A stretch of DNA of 64,000 bases from positions 59,963-123,962 of the IMG/VR virus record IMGVR_UViG_3300028393_000001, one strand, 5' to 3'. Source of the DNA: a virus. The notes under the pieces are model-generated. The model was not told where the DNA came from and did not search any database. It worked only from the letters and a program-made list of their open reading frames with translations. Below, in pieces: positions 6,540-15,619 of this stretch; position 1 is the stretch's first letter, and every line of letters begins with the position of its first letter. Position numbers and translations under genes: made by a program.

Positions 6540-6614
6540 GCATCCTTAGCTCAGGGGTAGAGCGTCTCTTTTACACGGAGAGGGTCCGCGGTTCGAAACC
6601 GTGAGGATGTACCA
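6540..6614 (+). tRNA. tRNA-Val(TAC)
   Basis: GCATCCT/AGGATGT acceptor, TT-TAC-AC loop, ACCA. Confidence 0.9.
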
Positions 6615-6616
6615 AC

Positions 6617-6692
6617 GCAACTTTAGCTGATGTGGTCATAGCGCTGGTCTGAAGAACCAGTGAACTAGGTTCGATTCCTAGAGGTTGCACCA
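6617..6692 (+). tRNA. tRNA-Phe(GAA)
   Basis: CTGGT-CTGAAGA-ACCAG arm, ACCA. Confidence 0.9.
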
Positions 6693-6699
6693 GATATAT

Positions 6700-6775
6700 A
6701 TAGGCGTGCGCTGAACGGCGAGGCAGTGGATTGCAAATCCTCATAATGCAGGTTCGAGTCCTGTCGCCTATTCCA
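6700..6775 (+). tRNA. tRNA-Cys(GCA)
   Basis: ATAGGCG/CGCCTAT acceptor, U73, TT-GCA-AA loop. Confidence 0.9.
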
Positions 6776-6850
6776 GGTCTTAAAGTGTTCATGGACGCAC
6801 ACAACACTGTCACTGTTGAAGAAGGGGATCGTTACCCCTTGAGACCGCCA
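6776..6850 (+). tRNA. tRNA-Asp(GTC)
   Basis: CAACA-CTGTCAC-TGTTG arm, T-loop ATCGTTA, GCCA. Confidence 0.88.
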
Positions 6851-6856
6851 AATTTT

Positions 6857-6928
6857 TGCAATGCTCATTATGAGATTGCACCTGGGCATGTTGCCCAAAA
6901 GTTCTTGCTTATAAAAGGAGAAAATATG
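6857..6928 (+). promoter_or_regulatory. ROSE-like RNA thermometer
   Basis: Two upstream hairpins, then TTCTTGCT-TATAAA-AGGAGAA, which pairs the UUGCU motif with the SD of an sHsp gene. Confidence 0.65.
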
Positions 6929-7348
6929 ACAGAACTAACCGTGGGTCAAGTAAACTTTGGATCCAACCTCAATCGTGCTTTAATTGGTTTTGACCAACTA
7001 TTCAATAACTTAGAATATGTACAAACTACAAATTATCCACCGTACAACGTAATCAAATCTGATGAAGATAATTATATCATTGAAGTGGCTGTAGCTGGTT
7101 TCAAGAAACCGGAAATTAAAGTAGAAATTGACAATAATAAACTATCAGTAAAAGGTTCTAAAGAGAAAGAGGATACAAAAACGCAGTATCTTCACCATGC
7201 ACTTAGTGCTAGAAACTTTAATCATCAGTTTACTATTGCAGAAAATATGGTGATTAAGTCAGCCACTTTGGAAGATGGAATACTTCAAGTATTAATTAAA
7301 CGTATTGTTCCAGAATCCAAAAAAGTACGTACAATAGATATTCTATAA
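6926..7348 (+). CDS. small heat-shock protein Hsp20 (IbpA-like)
   Basis: IGFDQLF, NYPPYNVIK, IEVAVAGF, LEDGIL alpha-crystallin motifs; start after AGGAG. Confidence 0.95.
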   Translation: MTELTVGQVNFGSNLNRALIGFDQLFNNLEYVQTTNYPPYNVIKSDEDNYIIEVAVAGFKKPEIKVEIDNNKLSVKGSKEKEDTKTQYLHHALSARNFNHQFTIAENMVIKSATLEDGILQVLIKRIVPESKKVRTIDIL

Positions 7349-7361
7349 TCGTAATCTTAAT

Positions 7362-7394
7362 AAGAGGACTAAAGACAACTTTAGTCCTCTTTTT
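7362..7394 (+). terminator. intrinsic terminator
   Basis: AGAGGACTAAAG-ACAA-CTTTAGTCCTCT followed by T run. Confidence 0.85.
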
Positions 7395-7412
7395 AGTTTA
7401 AAAATTATATAC

Positions 7413-7441
7413 TTGAAATACTATTCAAATTTTGATATAAT
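7413..7441 (+). promoter_or_regulatory. sigma70-type promoter
   Basis: TTGAAA-17-TATAAT with extended TG. Confidence 0.75.
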
Positions 7442-7465
7442 TATATCTTACAAACACATTATATT

Positions 7466-7897
7466 ATGAAAAACCCTATGTTTCCCTTTCCAATGATTAC
7501 AGTCAAAAATGCTCGTGACGATGGCACTAATGTACAGGATGTTATTAACCATATTAAATTAGCTGAGGATAATCTTCGTAAAGAGATGTTGCTTAAAGCT
7601 AAACTTTGTGGTGTTGGTATTGTACATATTAAAAGTGCAGAAGGCGAGTGGCGTAAAGGCGGTATGACAGTTGCCTTTAAAAAGTCTAATCAATATAAGT
7701 ATGGCCGTATGGTAGAAGTAGCCGTGGCTGTTTGTAGCCCAGAAGATACTTTTAGCCGTAAAATCGGTACTCAAATGGCCCTAGAAAAATTCTTCTCACA
7801 AAAAGTAATTGAGTTGCCCTTGTTAGAATTTTATGGTCAGGAAGATATTAACATGGCAGTTAAAAAAGCATTTACAGCTATGTGGCACGCGATATAA
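7466..7897 (+). CDS. hypothetical phage protein
   Basis: AVAVCSPEDTFSRKIG motif; ORF downstream of promoter. Confidence 0.7.
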   Translation: MKNPMFPFPMITVKNARDDGTNVQDVINHIKLAEDNLRKEMLLKAKLCGVGIVHIKSAEGEWRKGGMTVAFKKSNQYKYGRMVEVAVAVCSPEDTFSRKIGTQMALEKFFSQKVIELPLLEFYGQEDINMAVKKAFTAMWHAI

Positions 7898-7902
7898 TTA
7901 AT

Positions 7903-7985
7903 GCGGGTGTGGTGGAATGGTAGACACAGGAGACTTAAAATCTCCCGCTTTATGCGTGCTGGTTCGACTCCAGTCACCCGTACCA
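7903..7985 (+). tRNA. tRNA-Leu(TAA)
   Basis: GCGGGTG/CACCCGT acceptor, CT-TAA-AA loop, variable arm, ACCA. Confidence 0.92.
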
Positions 7986-7990
7986 AAATC

Positions 7991-8065
7991 TCCTGTCTAG
8001 CATAATGGTAGTGCCGCGAACTCATAATTCGTACAGTCTGGGTTCGACTCCCGGGGCAGGAACCA
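7991..8065 (+). tRNA. tRNA-CAT (probably Ile2, otherwise Met)
   Basis: GCGAA-CTCATAA-TTCGT arm, ACCA; third CAT tRNA in the cluster. Confidence 0.8.
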
Positions 8066-8095
8066 AATTTTGTAATCTTAATAAGGAAAATCTAA

Positions 8096-8488
8096 GTGGC
8101 AATTAAACGTGGTAAATCAGCAGAAAGTCATTTTGCATCATATAAAACTTCAAAGCGTTGGGAATCTAATCGCAGGAAGAAGCTAGAACGTCAACTTAAA
8201 CTACAGCCTAACAATGAGCAAGTAAAGAAAGCCTTCTCTAATATTCATTACAGACGTAAAACTCCTGTAGTACGTGAATGGAGTGCCACTACGATTAGAA
8301 TGGCTAAAATAGTTAAACTATTTACAGGTAGGTTTGATCGAGATATTTTAAGCTCAAATAAAGATACAGCATCCTTAGCTATTCAGAAATCAGCATCTAG
8401 ACCAGAGCAACAAAAAAGTAAAATCCAGATTGCAGACAAAAACTTCTTCTCCATTGGTGCTCGCCTAAGTAGTGGCTCGCTTGCATGA
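8096..8488 (+). CDS. basic hypothetical protein
   Basis: GTG start after AAGGA. Confidence 0.7.
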   Translation: MAIKRGKSAESHFASYKTSKRWESNRRKKLERQLKLQPNNEQVKKAFSNIHYRRKTPVVREWSATTIRMAKIVKLFTGRFDRDILSSNKDTASLAIQKSASRPEQQKSKIQIADKNFFSIGARLSSGSLA

Positions 8489-8736
8489 GTTTTATTGACT
8501 GGTATTTACTATTCAGTTTAACAACAGCAGTATGTGCAGTATGGGAACTACTAGTTCCTGTAATGAATACAGAAAAAGAAGAAATGGGTAAGATTGACGC
8601 AGAAAAACTAATATATATAGTGTTTTTTATAATGTCAATTATATTAGCTCCTTTAGTATTTCTTAGTTGTATAATCCCCTCTATGAGCGATAGATTTAGA
8701 AGTTCGTTACATAGTGGGCTTTTTCCCAAAGAATAA
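8485..8736 (+). CDS. membrane protein (2 TM)
   Basis: Two hydrophobic segments; ATGA overlap. Confidence 0.7.
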   Translation: MSFIDWYLLFSLTTAVCAVWELLVPVMNTEKEEMGKIDAEKLIYIVFFIMSIILAPLVFLSCIIPSMSDRFRSSLHSGLFPKE

Positions 8737-8747
8737 AAAATTTGCAG

Positions 8748-8776
8748 TTGCACTGTAATGCTTAAACAGGTATAAT
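8748..8776 (+). promoter_or_regulatory. sigma70-type promoter
   Basis: TTGCAC-17-TATAAT. Confidence 0.75.
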
Positions 8777-8804
8777 ATATACTTAAACAGCCCAATAAAC
8801 AACT

Positions 8805-9080
8805 ATGAAAACACTAACATTTAAATACGCAAAAGCAGATGGTTCAGTTTCTTATCGCTCACTTCTAGTGATGGTATCCCCTAATACTATGTATGAGGGC
8901 CTGGATATTTCAGAACTAGAGTCAGCAGACCAAGCTGAATTTGAGTCCCTAATGAGTTCAGCGTACAATAATTATATTAATGAAATTAATACTCTAAAAG
9001 AAGAGTTTGACATTAAGCACAGTTATCGTCGTTTTGACCCCAAGAAAATGACTGAGATCAATGAATTGGAAAAAGTATAA
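8805..9080 (+). CDS. hypothetical protein
   Basis: FKYAKADGSVSYR...YRRF motif, ORF after promoter. Confidence 0.7.
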   Translation: MKTLTFKYAKADGSVSYRSLLVMVSPNTMYEGLDISELESADQAEFESLMSSAYNNYINEINTLKEEFDIKHSYRRFDPKKMTEINELEKV

Positions 9081-9081
9081 C

Positions 9082-9156
9082 GCCGGATTAGCATAGTGGT
9101 AGTGCTCCCGCCTTGTAAGCGGGAGGTCGTTAGTTCGATTCTAACATCCGGCACCA
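9082..9156 (+). tRNA. tRNA-Thr(TGT)
   Basis: GCCGGAT/ATCCGGC acceptor, CT-TGT-AA loop, ACCA. Confidence 0.92.
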
Positions 9157-9170
9157 CATATGTAGTAATT

Positions 9171-9440
9171 ATGGAACAAAAACGTAATCCTAGAAAATTT
9201 AGACTTTGGGATAGTAATGCACTACACGAAAATTTACAAGTATGTATACAGTATCAAACTGCAATTGAAGAAGCAGTAAAGCAGTCAACAATTGATGATA
9301 CTCCAGTATTAAATTCAACTATACCTACAAACTCACTATATGACATTGTTACTTGTTATATAGCAATGTATGAAAAAATATTAGCTGAAGATTTACTTCA
9401 GACTAATGGCACTCCCGTAAACAGAAACCAAATCCACTAA
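9171..9440 (+). CDS. hypothetical protein
   Basis: First ATG downstream of the tRNA. Confidence 0.6.
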   Translation: MEQKRNPRKFRLWDSNALHENLQVCIQYQTAIEEAVKQSTIDDTPVLNSTIPTNSLYDIVTCYIAMYEKILAEDLLQTNGTPVNRNQIH

Positions 9441-9452
9441 GGAAATTTAAAA

Positions 9453-9806
9453 ATGGCATGGACAGAAGAACAAAAACAGTCAGTTATCGAAGCATATAAA
9501 GCAGGTGACCCGACCCCCGAAAACTCAACAGAGTTGATTAAAGAAATTGCAGAAGAAATGGAACAGAGTGCAAACGGTGTTCGTATGATTCTAGTACAGG
9601 CAGGTGTATATGTGAAGAAAGAAGCTTCTACATCTATTGCCAAAGGCGGTACTTCTAAGTCTACAGGTACTCCTCGTGTTTCTAAGGACTCACAGATTGC
9701 AGAGTTGCGTGCTCTCATTGAAGCTAAAGGCGCTGAAGTGGATGACGAGATTCTTACAAAGCTGACTGGCAAAGCCGCAGCTTACTTCGCCAAAGTAATG
9801 GCGTAA
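9453..9806 (+). CDS. T5 D3-like protein
   Basis: EIAEE...NGVRMIL..AGVYVKK and LTGKAA motifs as recalled from T5 D3. Confidence 0.75.
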   Translation: MAWTEEQKQSVIEAYKAGDPTPENSTELIKEIAEEMEQSANGVRMILVQAGVYVKKEASTSIAKGGTSKSTGTPRVSKDSQIAELRALIEAKGAEVDDEILTKLTGKAAAYFAKVMA

Positions 9807-9808
9807 TT

Positions 9809-9833
9809 AATGGCAGCTTAGGCTGCCATTTTT
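9809..9833 (+). terminator. intrinsic terminator
   Basis: AATGGCAGC-TTAG-GCTGCCATT plus T run. Confidence 0.8.
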
Positions 9834-9845
9834 ATTTATACAATT

Positions 9846-10118
9846 ATGTTTATAGTATATTCAAAAGAAAACTGCCCCTACTGTGTGCAGTCTAAAGCCC
9901 TACTCAAGTCTAAGGGACTAGAGTACATAGAACTAATGCTAGACTTGGGCCAGTCCCACAAACCTGATACTGAGTATGTATTCTTACATGATTTAGAAAA
10001 AATATTACCAGGTGTGCAATCAGTGCCTCAAATCTTTGAACGTCTTGATGGAGCAGCTCCTGCAACTCAACACATTGGCGGTTTCAAAGAGTTAAAGGAA
10101 TACCTCAATAAATCTTAA
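9846..10118 (+). CDS. glutaredoxin
   Basis: CPYC, SVPQIF, HIGGF motifs. Confidence 0.92.
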   Translation: MFIVYSKENCPYCVQSKALLKSKGLEYIELMLDLGQSHKPDTEYVFLHDLEKILPGVQSVPQIFERLDGAAPATQHIGGFKELKEYLNKS

Positions 10119-10119
10119 C

Positions 10120-10148
10120 TTGTAATTTTTGCCTTAAAGTGTTATAAT
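10120..10148 (+). promoter_or_regulatory. sigma70-type promoter
   Basis: TTGTAA-17-TATAAT with extended TG. Confidence 0.7.
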
Positions 10149-10168
10149 TATTCTTTAACGGAGATAAT

Positions 10169-10327
10169 ATGAAACAGCCCGACCCTAAATTGCATATGCT
10201 TATTAGTTTTGCTAAAAGTGCGTGTCGCATTATTGCGGCAGTACTACTAGCTGTTGGTGTATTTAAGTCGGCTGGTTTAATGTTCTTGATTGCAGAAGCG
10301 CTAGGAATTGTAGAGGAGTTAGTATAA
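10169..10327 (+). CDS. small membrane protein, 52 aa
   Basis: GGAG SD; MKQPDPKLHMLISFAKSACRIIAAVLL...IAEALGIVEELV. Confidence 0.7.
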   Translation: MKQPDPKLHMLISFAKSACRIIAAVLLAVGVFKSAGLMFLIAEALGIVEELV

Positions 10328-10932
10328 TGGCAAGAGCAGCTAAAGAAAACGAACTGTTAACAGACGCTAACATCGAGCGAGTTATTGCAGGATTTGAGTC
10401 AACACCTAAGATGACTAAAAAAGATGCGTGTGCCATTTTAGGCATCGCATACAATACAACTCGCCTGGATTCCCTAGTTGAAAAATATTTGGAAAAGAAG
10501 GCACGAGATGCTCAACGTCGAGCAAACCTTCGCGGTAAGCCTGCAACTCAAGACGAAGTAGTATATGTAATTCAGGAATACCTAGAGGGTGCTACAATTG
10601 ATGCCATTAGCAAGGCTACCTATCGCGGTAGTAACTTTGTTAAACATATACTAGAGAAGTACGAGGTACCTATTCGACAAACCTCTCACGACTATTTCAA
10701 ACCTGAACTTATTCCAGACGGAGCTACGCGTGACCGCTTCCAGGTTGGAGAAGTCGTCTACTCGGCTAGGTATGACTCTGTGGCACGCATCGACGCAGAG
10801 CAACATGACCATCGGCACGGATGGATTTATCGAGTTTGGCTACTCTCTGAAAAGTGGAAACAGTCAGCGTATCAAGAGGCTTGTGAGTTAGCCTCCTTAG
10901 AACACTTACGAACAGCAGGAGTACGAGTATGA
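10327..10932 (+). CDS. T5 D2-like protein
   Basis: TKKDACAILG, QEYLEG, YRVWLLSE, ELASLEHL motifs as recalled from T5 D2. Confidence 0.8.
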   Translation: MARAAKENELLTDANIERVIAGFESTPKMTKKDACAILGIAYNTTRLDSLVEKYLEKKARDAQRRANLRGKPATQDEVVYVIQEYLEGATIDAISKATYRGSNFVKHILEKYEVPIRQTSHDYFKPELIPDGATRDRFQVGEVVYSARYDSVARIDAEQHDHRHGWIYRVWLLSEKWKQSAYQEACELASLEHLRTAGVRV

Positions 10933-10996
10933 AAGCACTTTGGGATAAGTTTAATAAGTGGTGTGAAAAATACTTTAAAGCTAATAAGGAGTATCA

Positions 10997-11293
10997 ATGA
11001 CAGAAGAACCATATTACGAAAAACTAGTTTATGAAAATGAAATCAAAGGCTATCAACTAAAATTAGTAGTCAATGAATTTCGTGGTAAGCAGTATATTCA
11101 CATACGCAAATACTTTCTTTCCTATGAGGGAGAGTATGTACCCTCTCGCGAAGGTGTAAGTATGGAGGCATCACTTCATAATATATTCTCCTTGTTAGAC
11201 GGATTAATGGAAATTTGCTCTAAGGAAGAATCCGCAGAGGCAATACTTACCTATTTTAGCGATAAAATTACTCACTTGAAGAATTTAGAATAA
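10997..11293 (+). CDS. PC4-like ssDNA-binding protein
   Basis: VNEFRGKQYIHIRKYF..P.REGVS PC4 motif, located before the ligase as in T5. Confidence 0.8.
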   Translation: MTEEPYYEKLVYENEIKGYQLKLVVNEFRGKQYIHIRKYFLSYEGEYVPSREGVSMEASLHNIFSLLDGLMEICSKEESAEAILTYFSDKITHLKNLE

Positions 11294-11304
11294 ACTGCTA
11301 TAAT
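11276..11304 (+). promoter_or_regulatory. sigma70-type promoter
   Basis: TTGAAG-17-TATAAT with extended TG; ATG 7 nt downstream. Confidence 0.7.
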
Positions 11305-11311
11305 ATACTTT

Positions 11312-12265
11312 ATGAACAAGATAAAAGCCTACTTAGATGAAGCCTCGATTGCCTACTACTCGGGTAGTCCTATTATTAGTGATGAAGCATTCGACAGATT
11401 AGCCGAAACCTCAGGCTATATGAAGGTAGGCGCTCGTCAACACGATAATATCGCAAAACACCTCTACCCTATGTACAGTTTGCAAAAGTACTACGAGGAT
11501 GAAGGTGTAGCCCCCATTCAAGGGGTCAAAGACATTACTGTAAGTGTTAAACTAGATGGCGCTGCTGTCAGCCTACTTTATGCGAACGGAGAGTTAGTTC
11601 AAGCTCTTACTCGTGGAGACGGCATTGAAGGCACAGATATTACAGAAAAATTCCTTGCCCGCCGAGATCTAGCCCCCTTAAAAGTACCCAGGCTTGATGT
11701 ATTTCAGGTTACTGGTGAAATTGTCGCGTCTAAGGAAATTCCAAATAGTCGTAACTATGCGGCAGGTGCTCTTAACTTAAAAGATATGAATGAGTTTAGG
11801 ACTCGTGCAGTATCTTTCTATGCTTACGGCGTATTTCCTTATGAGCAGCCTACCTTTGTCCGAGACATGGTTATCTTGACTACTCAAGGTTTTCAAACCA
11901 TAATAGCTAAAGAACTAGATAAAATCTATCCATGTGATGGATTAGTATTCCGAGTAAATGACAATCACGAATTTGAAAAACTTGGATATACTTCAAAACA
12001 TCCTCGCGGAGCATATGCAAAAAAAGAACGCCAAGCCGCTGTTGAGACAACTATCGTATCAGTAGAGTGGAATGTAGGTAAATCAGGTAAAGTAACCCCC
12101 GTAGCCCACTTAGACCCAGTTTATATTGGTGATAAGTTAGTGAGTAAAGCAACCTTAAACAATCCTGGGTTTATTGAAATGTTGAATATCTGCATAGGCG
12201 ACCGAGTAGGAGTTATACTAGGCGGAGAGATTATTCCATGCATTACCCACAAAGTAGAATCATAA
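11312..12265 (+). CDS. ligA: NAD-dependent DNA ligase subunit A (adenylation and OB domains)
   Basis: MYSL, KLDG, LTRGDG..G.DIT, RN.AAG, DGLV, ATL.N motifs. Confidence 0.93.
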   Translation: MNKIKAYLDEASIAYYSGSPIISDEAFDRLAETSGYMKVGARQHDNIAKHLYPMYSLQKYYEDEGVAPIQGVKDITVSVKLDGAAVSLLYANGELVQALTRGDGIEGTDITEKFLARRDLAPLKVPRLDVFQVTGEIVASKEIPNSRNYAAGALNLKDMNEFRTRAVSFYAYGVFPYEQPTFVRDMVILTTQGFQTIIAKELDKIYPCDGLVFRVNDNHEFEKLGYTSKHPRGAYAKKERQAAVETTIVSVEWNVGKSGKVTPVAHLDPVYIGDKLVSKATLNNPGFIEMLNICIGDRVGVILGGEIIPCITHKVES

Positions 12266-12308
12266 TAAATTCAATCATACACATTAGACCAGCACAGAAA
12301 AAATAGAC

Positions 12309-12337
12309 TTGCCAAGGCACTCTAAATACAGTATAAT
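12309..12337 (+). promoter_or_regulatory. sigma70-type promoter
   Basis: TTGCCA-17-TATAAT. Confidence 0.75.
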
Positions 12338-12358
12338 AACACATAAATTGATAATACT

Positions 12359-13114
12359 ATGCAAAAGATTGAAATTCCTACAACTTGTCCATGCTGTTCC
12401 TACAAGCTAGAAATAGTCAATGAACAACTGTTCTGTAGAAATCTATCCTGCGAGGCTCAATTAGGTAAAAAGCTAGAGCATTTTACAAAGACTTTAGGTA
12501 TCAAAGGTTTTGGCCCTAAGACTATTGAGAAACTTGGTTTAGCTGATATTACAGAACTTTTTTACTTAGATAAGGCTTCCGTTGTTGAAGCACTTGGAAG
12601 TGAGAAAGTAACAGATAAGCTCCTAGATGAAATCGAAAGAGCTAAAGGTGCAGATCTAGCCACCGTTTTAGCGTCATTTTCTATCCCTTTAGTGGGTGGA
12701 ACTGCTTCTAAGAAAATTGCTAGTGTAGTTAGTTCTATAGAAGAAATTACACAAGAAACCTGCAAACAAGCAGGCCTTGGAGATAAAGTTACTTCTAATC
12801 TATTGAACTGGATTAGTATGGATTATCCAGAAGTAAAAGAGTTCTTGCCATTCTCTTTTAAGTCCAGTGAAGTAAAACCTGTTAGTACAAGTGGCCCAAC
12901 TATTTGTATTACTGGTAAGTTATCCTCATTTAAAACAAAATCAGAAGCAACCAAGATATTGGAAGCAGCAGGTTTTATAGTAGTAGAGTCCGTAACAAAG
13001 ACTTTAAAGTATCTAGTAGATGAGGACAGCAAAGGAAGTACAAAGCGCAAAAAAGCAGAAGAATATGGCGTAACAATAGTAACAAATCTAACCGATTTTG
13101 TATCAAAATTTTAA
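12359..13114 (+). CDS. ligB: NAD-dependent DNA ligase subunit B (Zn finger, HhH, BRCT)
   Basis: CPCC..C...C, GFGPK HhH, ITGKL...K.KKAEEYGV BRCT. Confidence 0.9.
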   Translation: MQKIEIPTTCPCCSYKLEIVNEQLFCRNLSCEAQLGKKLEHFTKTLGIKGFGPKTIEKLGLADITELFYLDKASVVEALGSEKVTDKLLDEIERAKGADLATVLASFSIPLVGGTASKKIASVVSSIEEITQETCKQAGLGDKVTSNLLNWISMDYPEVKEFLPFSFKSSEVKPVSTSGPTICITGKLSSFKTKSEATKILEAAGFIVVESVTKTLKYLVDEDSKGSTKRKKAEEYGVTIVTNLTDFVSKF

Positions 13115-13128
13115 AAAAGAGAAAATAA

Positions 13129-13872
13129 ATGAGTGAAAAAGCTAAAAAATGGTCTGACGAAACTGTAGCCCAACTATTGTCGATTGTTGGTCATGATAGT
13201 CCAGTAAGCGTCGCGCGGGTTGAGCAAGCAGCCGAAGCATTGGGTGTTACAGAACGCTCAGTTGCATCTAAACTGCGTCAACTAGACCGTGAAGTTGCTT
13301 CTATGGCAAAAGAAAAGGTATCGGCCTTTACCCCCGAGCAAGGTGCTGCATTGTCTAGTATGGTTAGCAGCAATTCTGGTGTGTATACTTATAAAGATAT
13401 TGCTGAGCGTTTTGAGCACGGTACTTTCACTGCTAAACAAATTCAGGGCAAATTACTTGCTTTGGAATTGACTGGCAATGTTAAGCCTGCTGAAAAAGTA
13501 GAAGCAGCTCGTACCTACTCTGATGCTGAAGAAAGCACTTTCATCAAGATGGCTCAAGCAGGTAAGTACATTGAAGAAATCGCAGTTACCCTAGGTAAGA
13601 GCATTCCTTCTGTTCGTGGCAAGGCACTTAGCCTGACACGTAAAGGTCAAATTGACCGCATTCCGGCACAAAAAGATAGCCATGCTAAGAACACTGTTGA
13701 TCCAGTGACTGCACTTGGTATGAGCATTGTTAACATGACTGTTGCAGAAATTGCAGCTGCTGTTGATAAAACAGAGCGTGGTCTGAAAACACTTCTTACT
13801 CGTCGTGGTATTTCTGTTAAAGATTACGATGGTGCGGCAAAGAAGGCTAAAGCCGAAGCTAAAGCAGCTTAA
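13129..13872 (+). CDS. T5 D5-like DNA-binding transcription factor
   Basis: Repeated HTH-like units (RSVASKLR, KQIQGKLL, SVRGKALSL, RGLKTLLTRRG); T5 synteny. Confidence 0.85.
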   Translation: MSEKAKKWSDETVAQLLSIVGHDSPVSVARVEQAAEALGVTERSVASKLRQLDREVASMAKEKVSAFTPEQGAALSSMVSSNSGVYTYKDIAERFEHGTFTAKQIQGKLLALELTGNVKPAEKVEAARTYSDAEESTFIKMAQAGKYIEEIAVTLGKSIPSVRGKALSLTRKGQIDRIPAQKDSHAKNTVDPVTALGMSIVNMTVAEIAAAVDKTERGLKTLLTRRGISVKDYDGAAKKAKAEAKAA

Positions 13873-13892
13873 TTGTAACCTGTAGGTTATTC

Positions 13893-13928
13893 AAGGCCAG
13901 GAGTTAATTTTAGCTCTTGGCCTTTTTT
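13893..13928 (+). terminator. intrinsic terminator
   Basis: AAGGCCAGGAGTTA..TAGCTCTTGGCCTT plus T run. Confidence 0.8.
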
Positions 13929-13937
13929 ATTTGTAAT

Positions 13938-14237
13938 ATGAAAATAACAATTACTTACCACGATACAGAGTCGTTCACTGTGGAAGAAGTGGTTAAACAA
14001 GCAGAACATAATTACGGTAAATCTATTAAGGTAGATATTACCCCTGAATCAAATAAACCCCATGATTTAATATACTTCGGGTTACAACAAATTATAACAC
14101 ACCAACAGCTAGGACTATTATTTAATGATAAGTTCGGCTATCAAGCTAGCCTGCAAAAATTACGCAATGAGACTCTATATAAGTTACAAGAAATTTTAGA
14201 TCAAGTAATTATTGACAACGAAAGTAAGGTAGAGTAA
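13938..14237 (+). CDS. hypothetical protein
   Basis: ATG after terminator, coupled to the helicase start. Confidence 0.65.
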   Translation: MKITITYHDTESFTVEEVVKQAEHNYGKSIKVDITPESNKPHDLIYFGLQQIITHQQLGLLFNDKFGYQASLQKLRNETLYKLQEILDQVIIDNESKVE

Positions 14238-15619
14238 TGGATATTAGCGCAGTTGTCATTAATAAACTACTAACAGAAAAGAATTTAGATGTTTGGAGCA
14301 AATTAAAGCTCGCGTTCCTTGACCCTGCCTACTCCTCAGTATATAGTTTAATTACTAGATACTATGACAAGTATAGTACTATACCATCGTTCGATGACTT
14401 AGACGCTATTGCTAGAGAGGGGTTGGCGCAAAAGACGCTAGCAACCCTTCGTCTTATTGATGAAACTGACGTTACTGCAGAAGTTGCCCTAGATGCACTT
14501 ATAGATCAGTATACTCAGAATCAAACTATTATTTTATTGGATAAGTTTATTGACAAACTACCAGTTTATGATAGTACAGAAATCAAAGAAAATTTAGCGA
14601 GTATAGTACTAACCTTAGATGAAAAAACTTTAACAACTGAAGGCGTGTATACCATGAGCGATATCATGGTTTTTATACGACCAGATGAATTAGCTAAAAA
14701 TCGCGTACACTTAGGACTTAATAATACTTTCGATAGTGTGCTTGGCGGCGTAGCTAGACAAGAACTTATTTTAATTGGCGGAAAGCGTGGATCTGGTAAA
14801 TCTATTACTTGCAGTAATATTATGATTAATCAGTACGAGGCCGGTAATGCCTCCATATACTTTACAATTGAAATGGAAGCTCATGAAACCTTACAACGTA
14901 ACATGAGTATCTTAGCCAATGTAAATCACCAAAATCTTAAAAATAATACTTTAACAGATTCAGAACTATTACAAGTAGTTAAATCTAGAGCAGGTATGTA
15001 TGAAGATTCAGACAAATTAGTTATGGCATTTATTAAAGATAGAGATCAATATAAGTTTGAGGAAACCTTAGTACGAGAATACGCTCTTAAGGATCAAAAC
15101 CAGATGGTTATCATTGATGATAGAGCATTGACCCTAAGCTCTATCGATTTGCACTTAGGTAAGATGAAATCTCGTTTTGGCGATAAGTTTACTGTAGCAG
15201 TTATTGATTACTTAAATCAGATCGTTGTAGAGGGCGCATCACAGTTTGACTGGCAACCACAAGTTATTATATCTAAGAAGCTAAAAGAGTTTGCTCGTAA
15301 GTATGATATTGTAATGGTAAGCCCATATCAGATTGATGCTAGTGGCGAAACACGCTTTGCAAAAGGCATCTTAGATGCAGCAGACATTGCCCTACTAATG
15401 GAAGCAAACGCAAAAGAGGACGCAGCAATGAGTTTTGAGACAACAAAGATACGCGGCGCCAAAGAGATGCGATTTACTAGTGGCATGGATTGGGATAGCT
15501 TACGTATTAGTCCTGTTTCAATTGAAAAACCTGCTGTTAAAGAAGATAAACCAAAAAAGATTAAACGAGCAGGAACTAAAGTGGACGAACCTGCATCAGA
15601 CTTACCCTGGGATACATAA
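14237..15619 (+). CDS. DnaB-like replicative helicase (T5 D6)
   Basis: GGKRGSGKS Walker A, YFTIEM, VIDYL, SPYQ. Confidence 0.92.
   Translation: MDISAVVINKLLTEKNLDVWSKLKLAFLDPAYSSVYSLITRYYDKYSTIPSFDDLDAIAREGLAQKTLATLRLIDETDVTAEVALDALIDQYTQNQTIILLDKFIDKLPVYDSTEIKENLASIVLTLDEKTLTTEGVYTMSDIMVFIRPDELAKNRVHLGLNNTFDSVLGGVARQELILIGGKRGSGKSITCSNIMINQYEAGNASIYFTIEMEAHETLQRNMSILANVNHQNLKNNTLTDSELLQVVKSRAGMYEDSDKLVMAFIKDRDQYKFEETLVREYALKDQNQMVIIDDRALTLSSIDLHLGKMKSRFGDKFTVAVIDYLNQIVVEGASQFDWQPQVIISKKLKEFARKYDIVMVSPYQIDASGETRFAKGILDAADIALLMEANAKEDAAMSFETTKIRGAKEMRFTSGMDWDSLRISPVSIEKPAVKEDKPKKIKRAGTKVDEPASDLPWDT

Noticed and set aside
6571-6925. ORFs over the tRNA-Val/Phe/Cys/Asp genes, including the long N-terminal extension of Hsp20
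   Set aside because: They overlap clear tRNA genes; the true Hsp20 start is 6926 with an AGGAG SD.
12266-12358. Ligase as a broken pseudogene
   Set aside because: The two-subunit ligase is the normal T5-like arrangement, and both halves retain their motifs.
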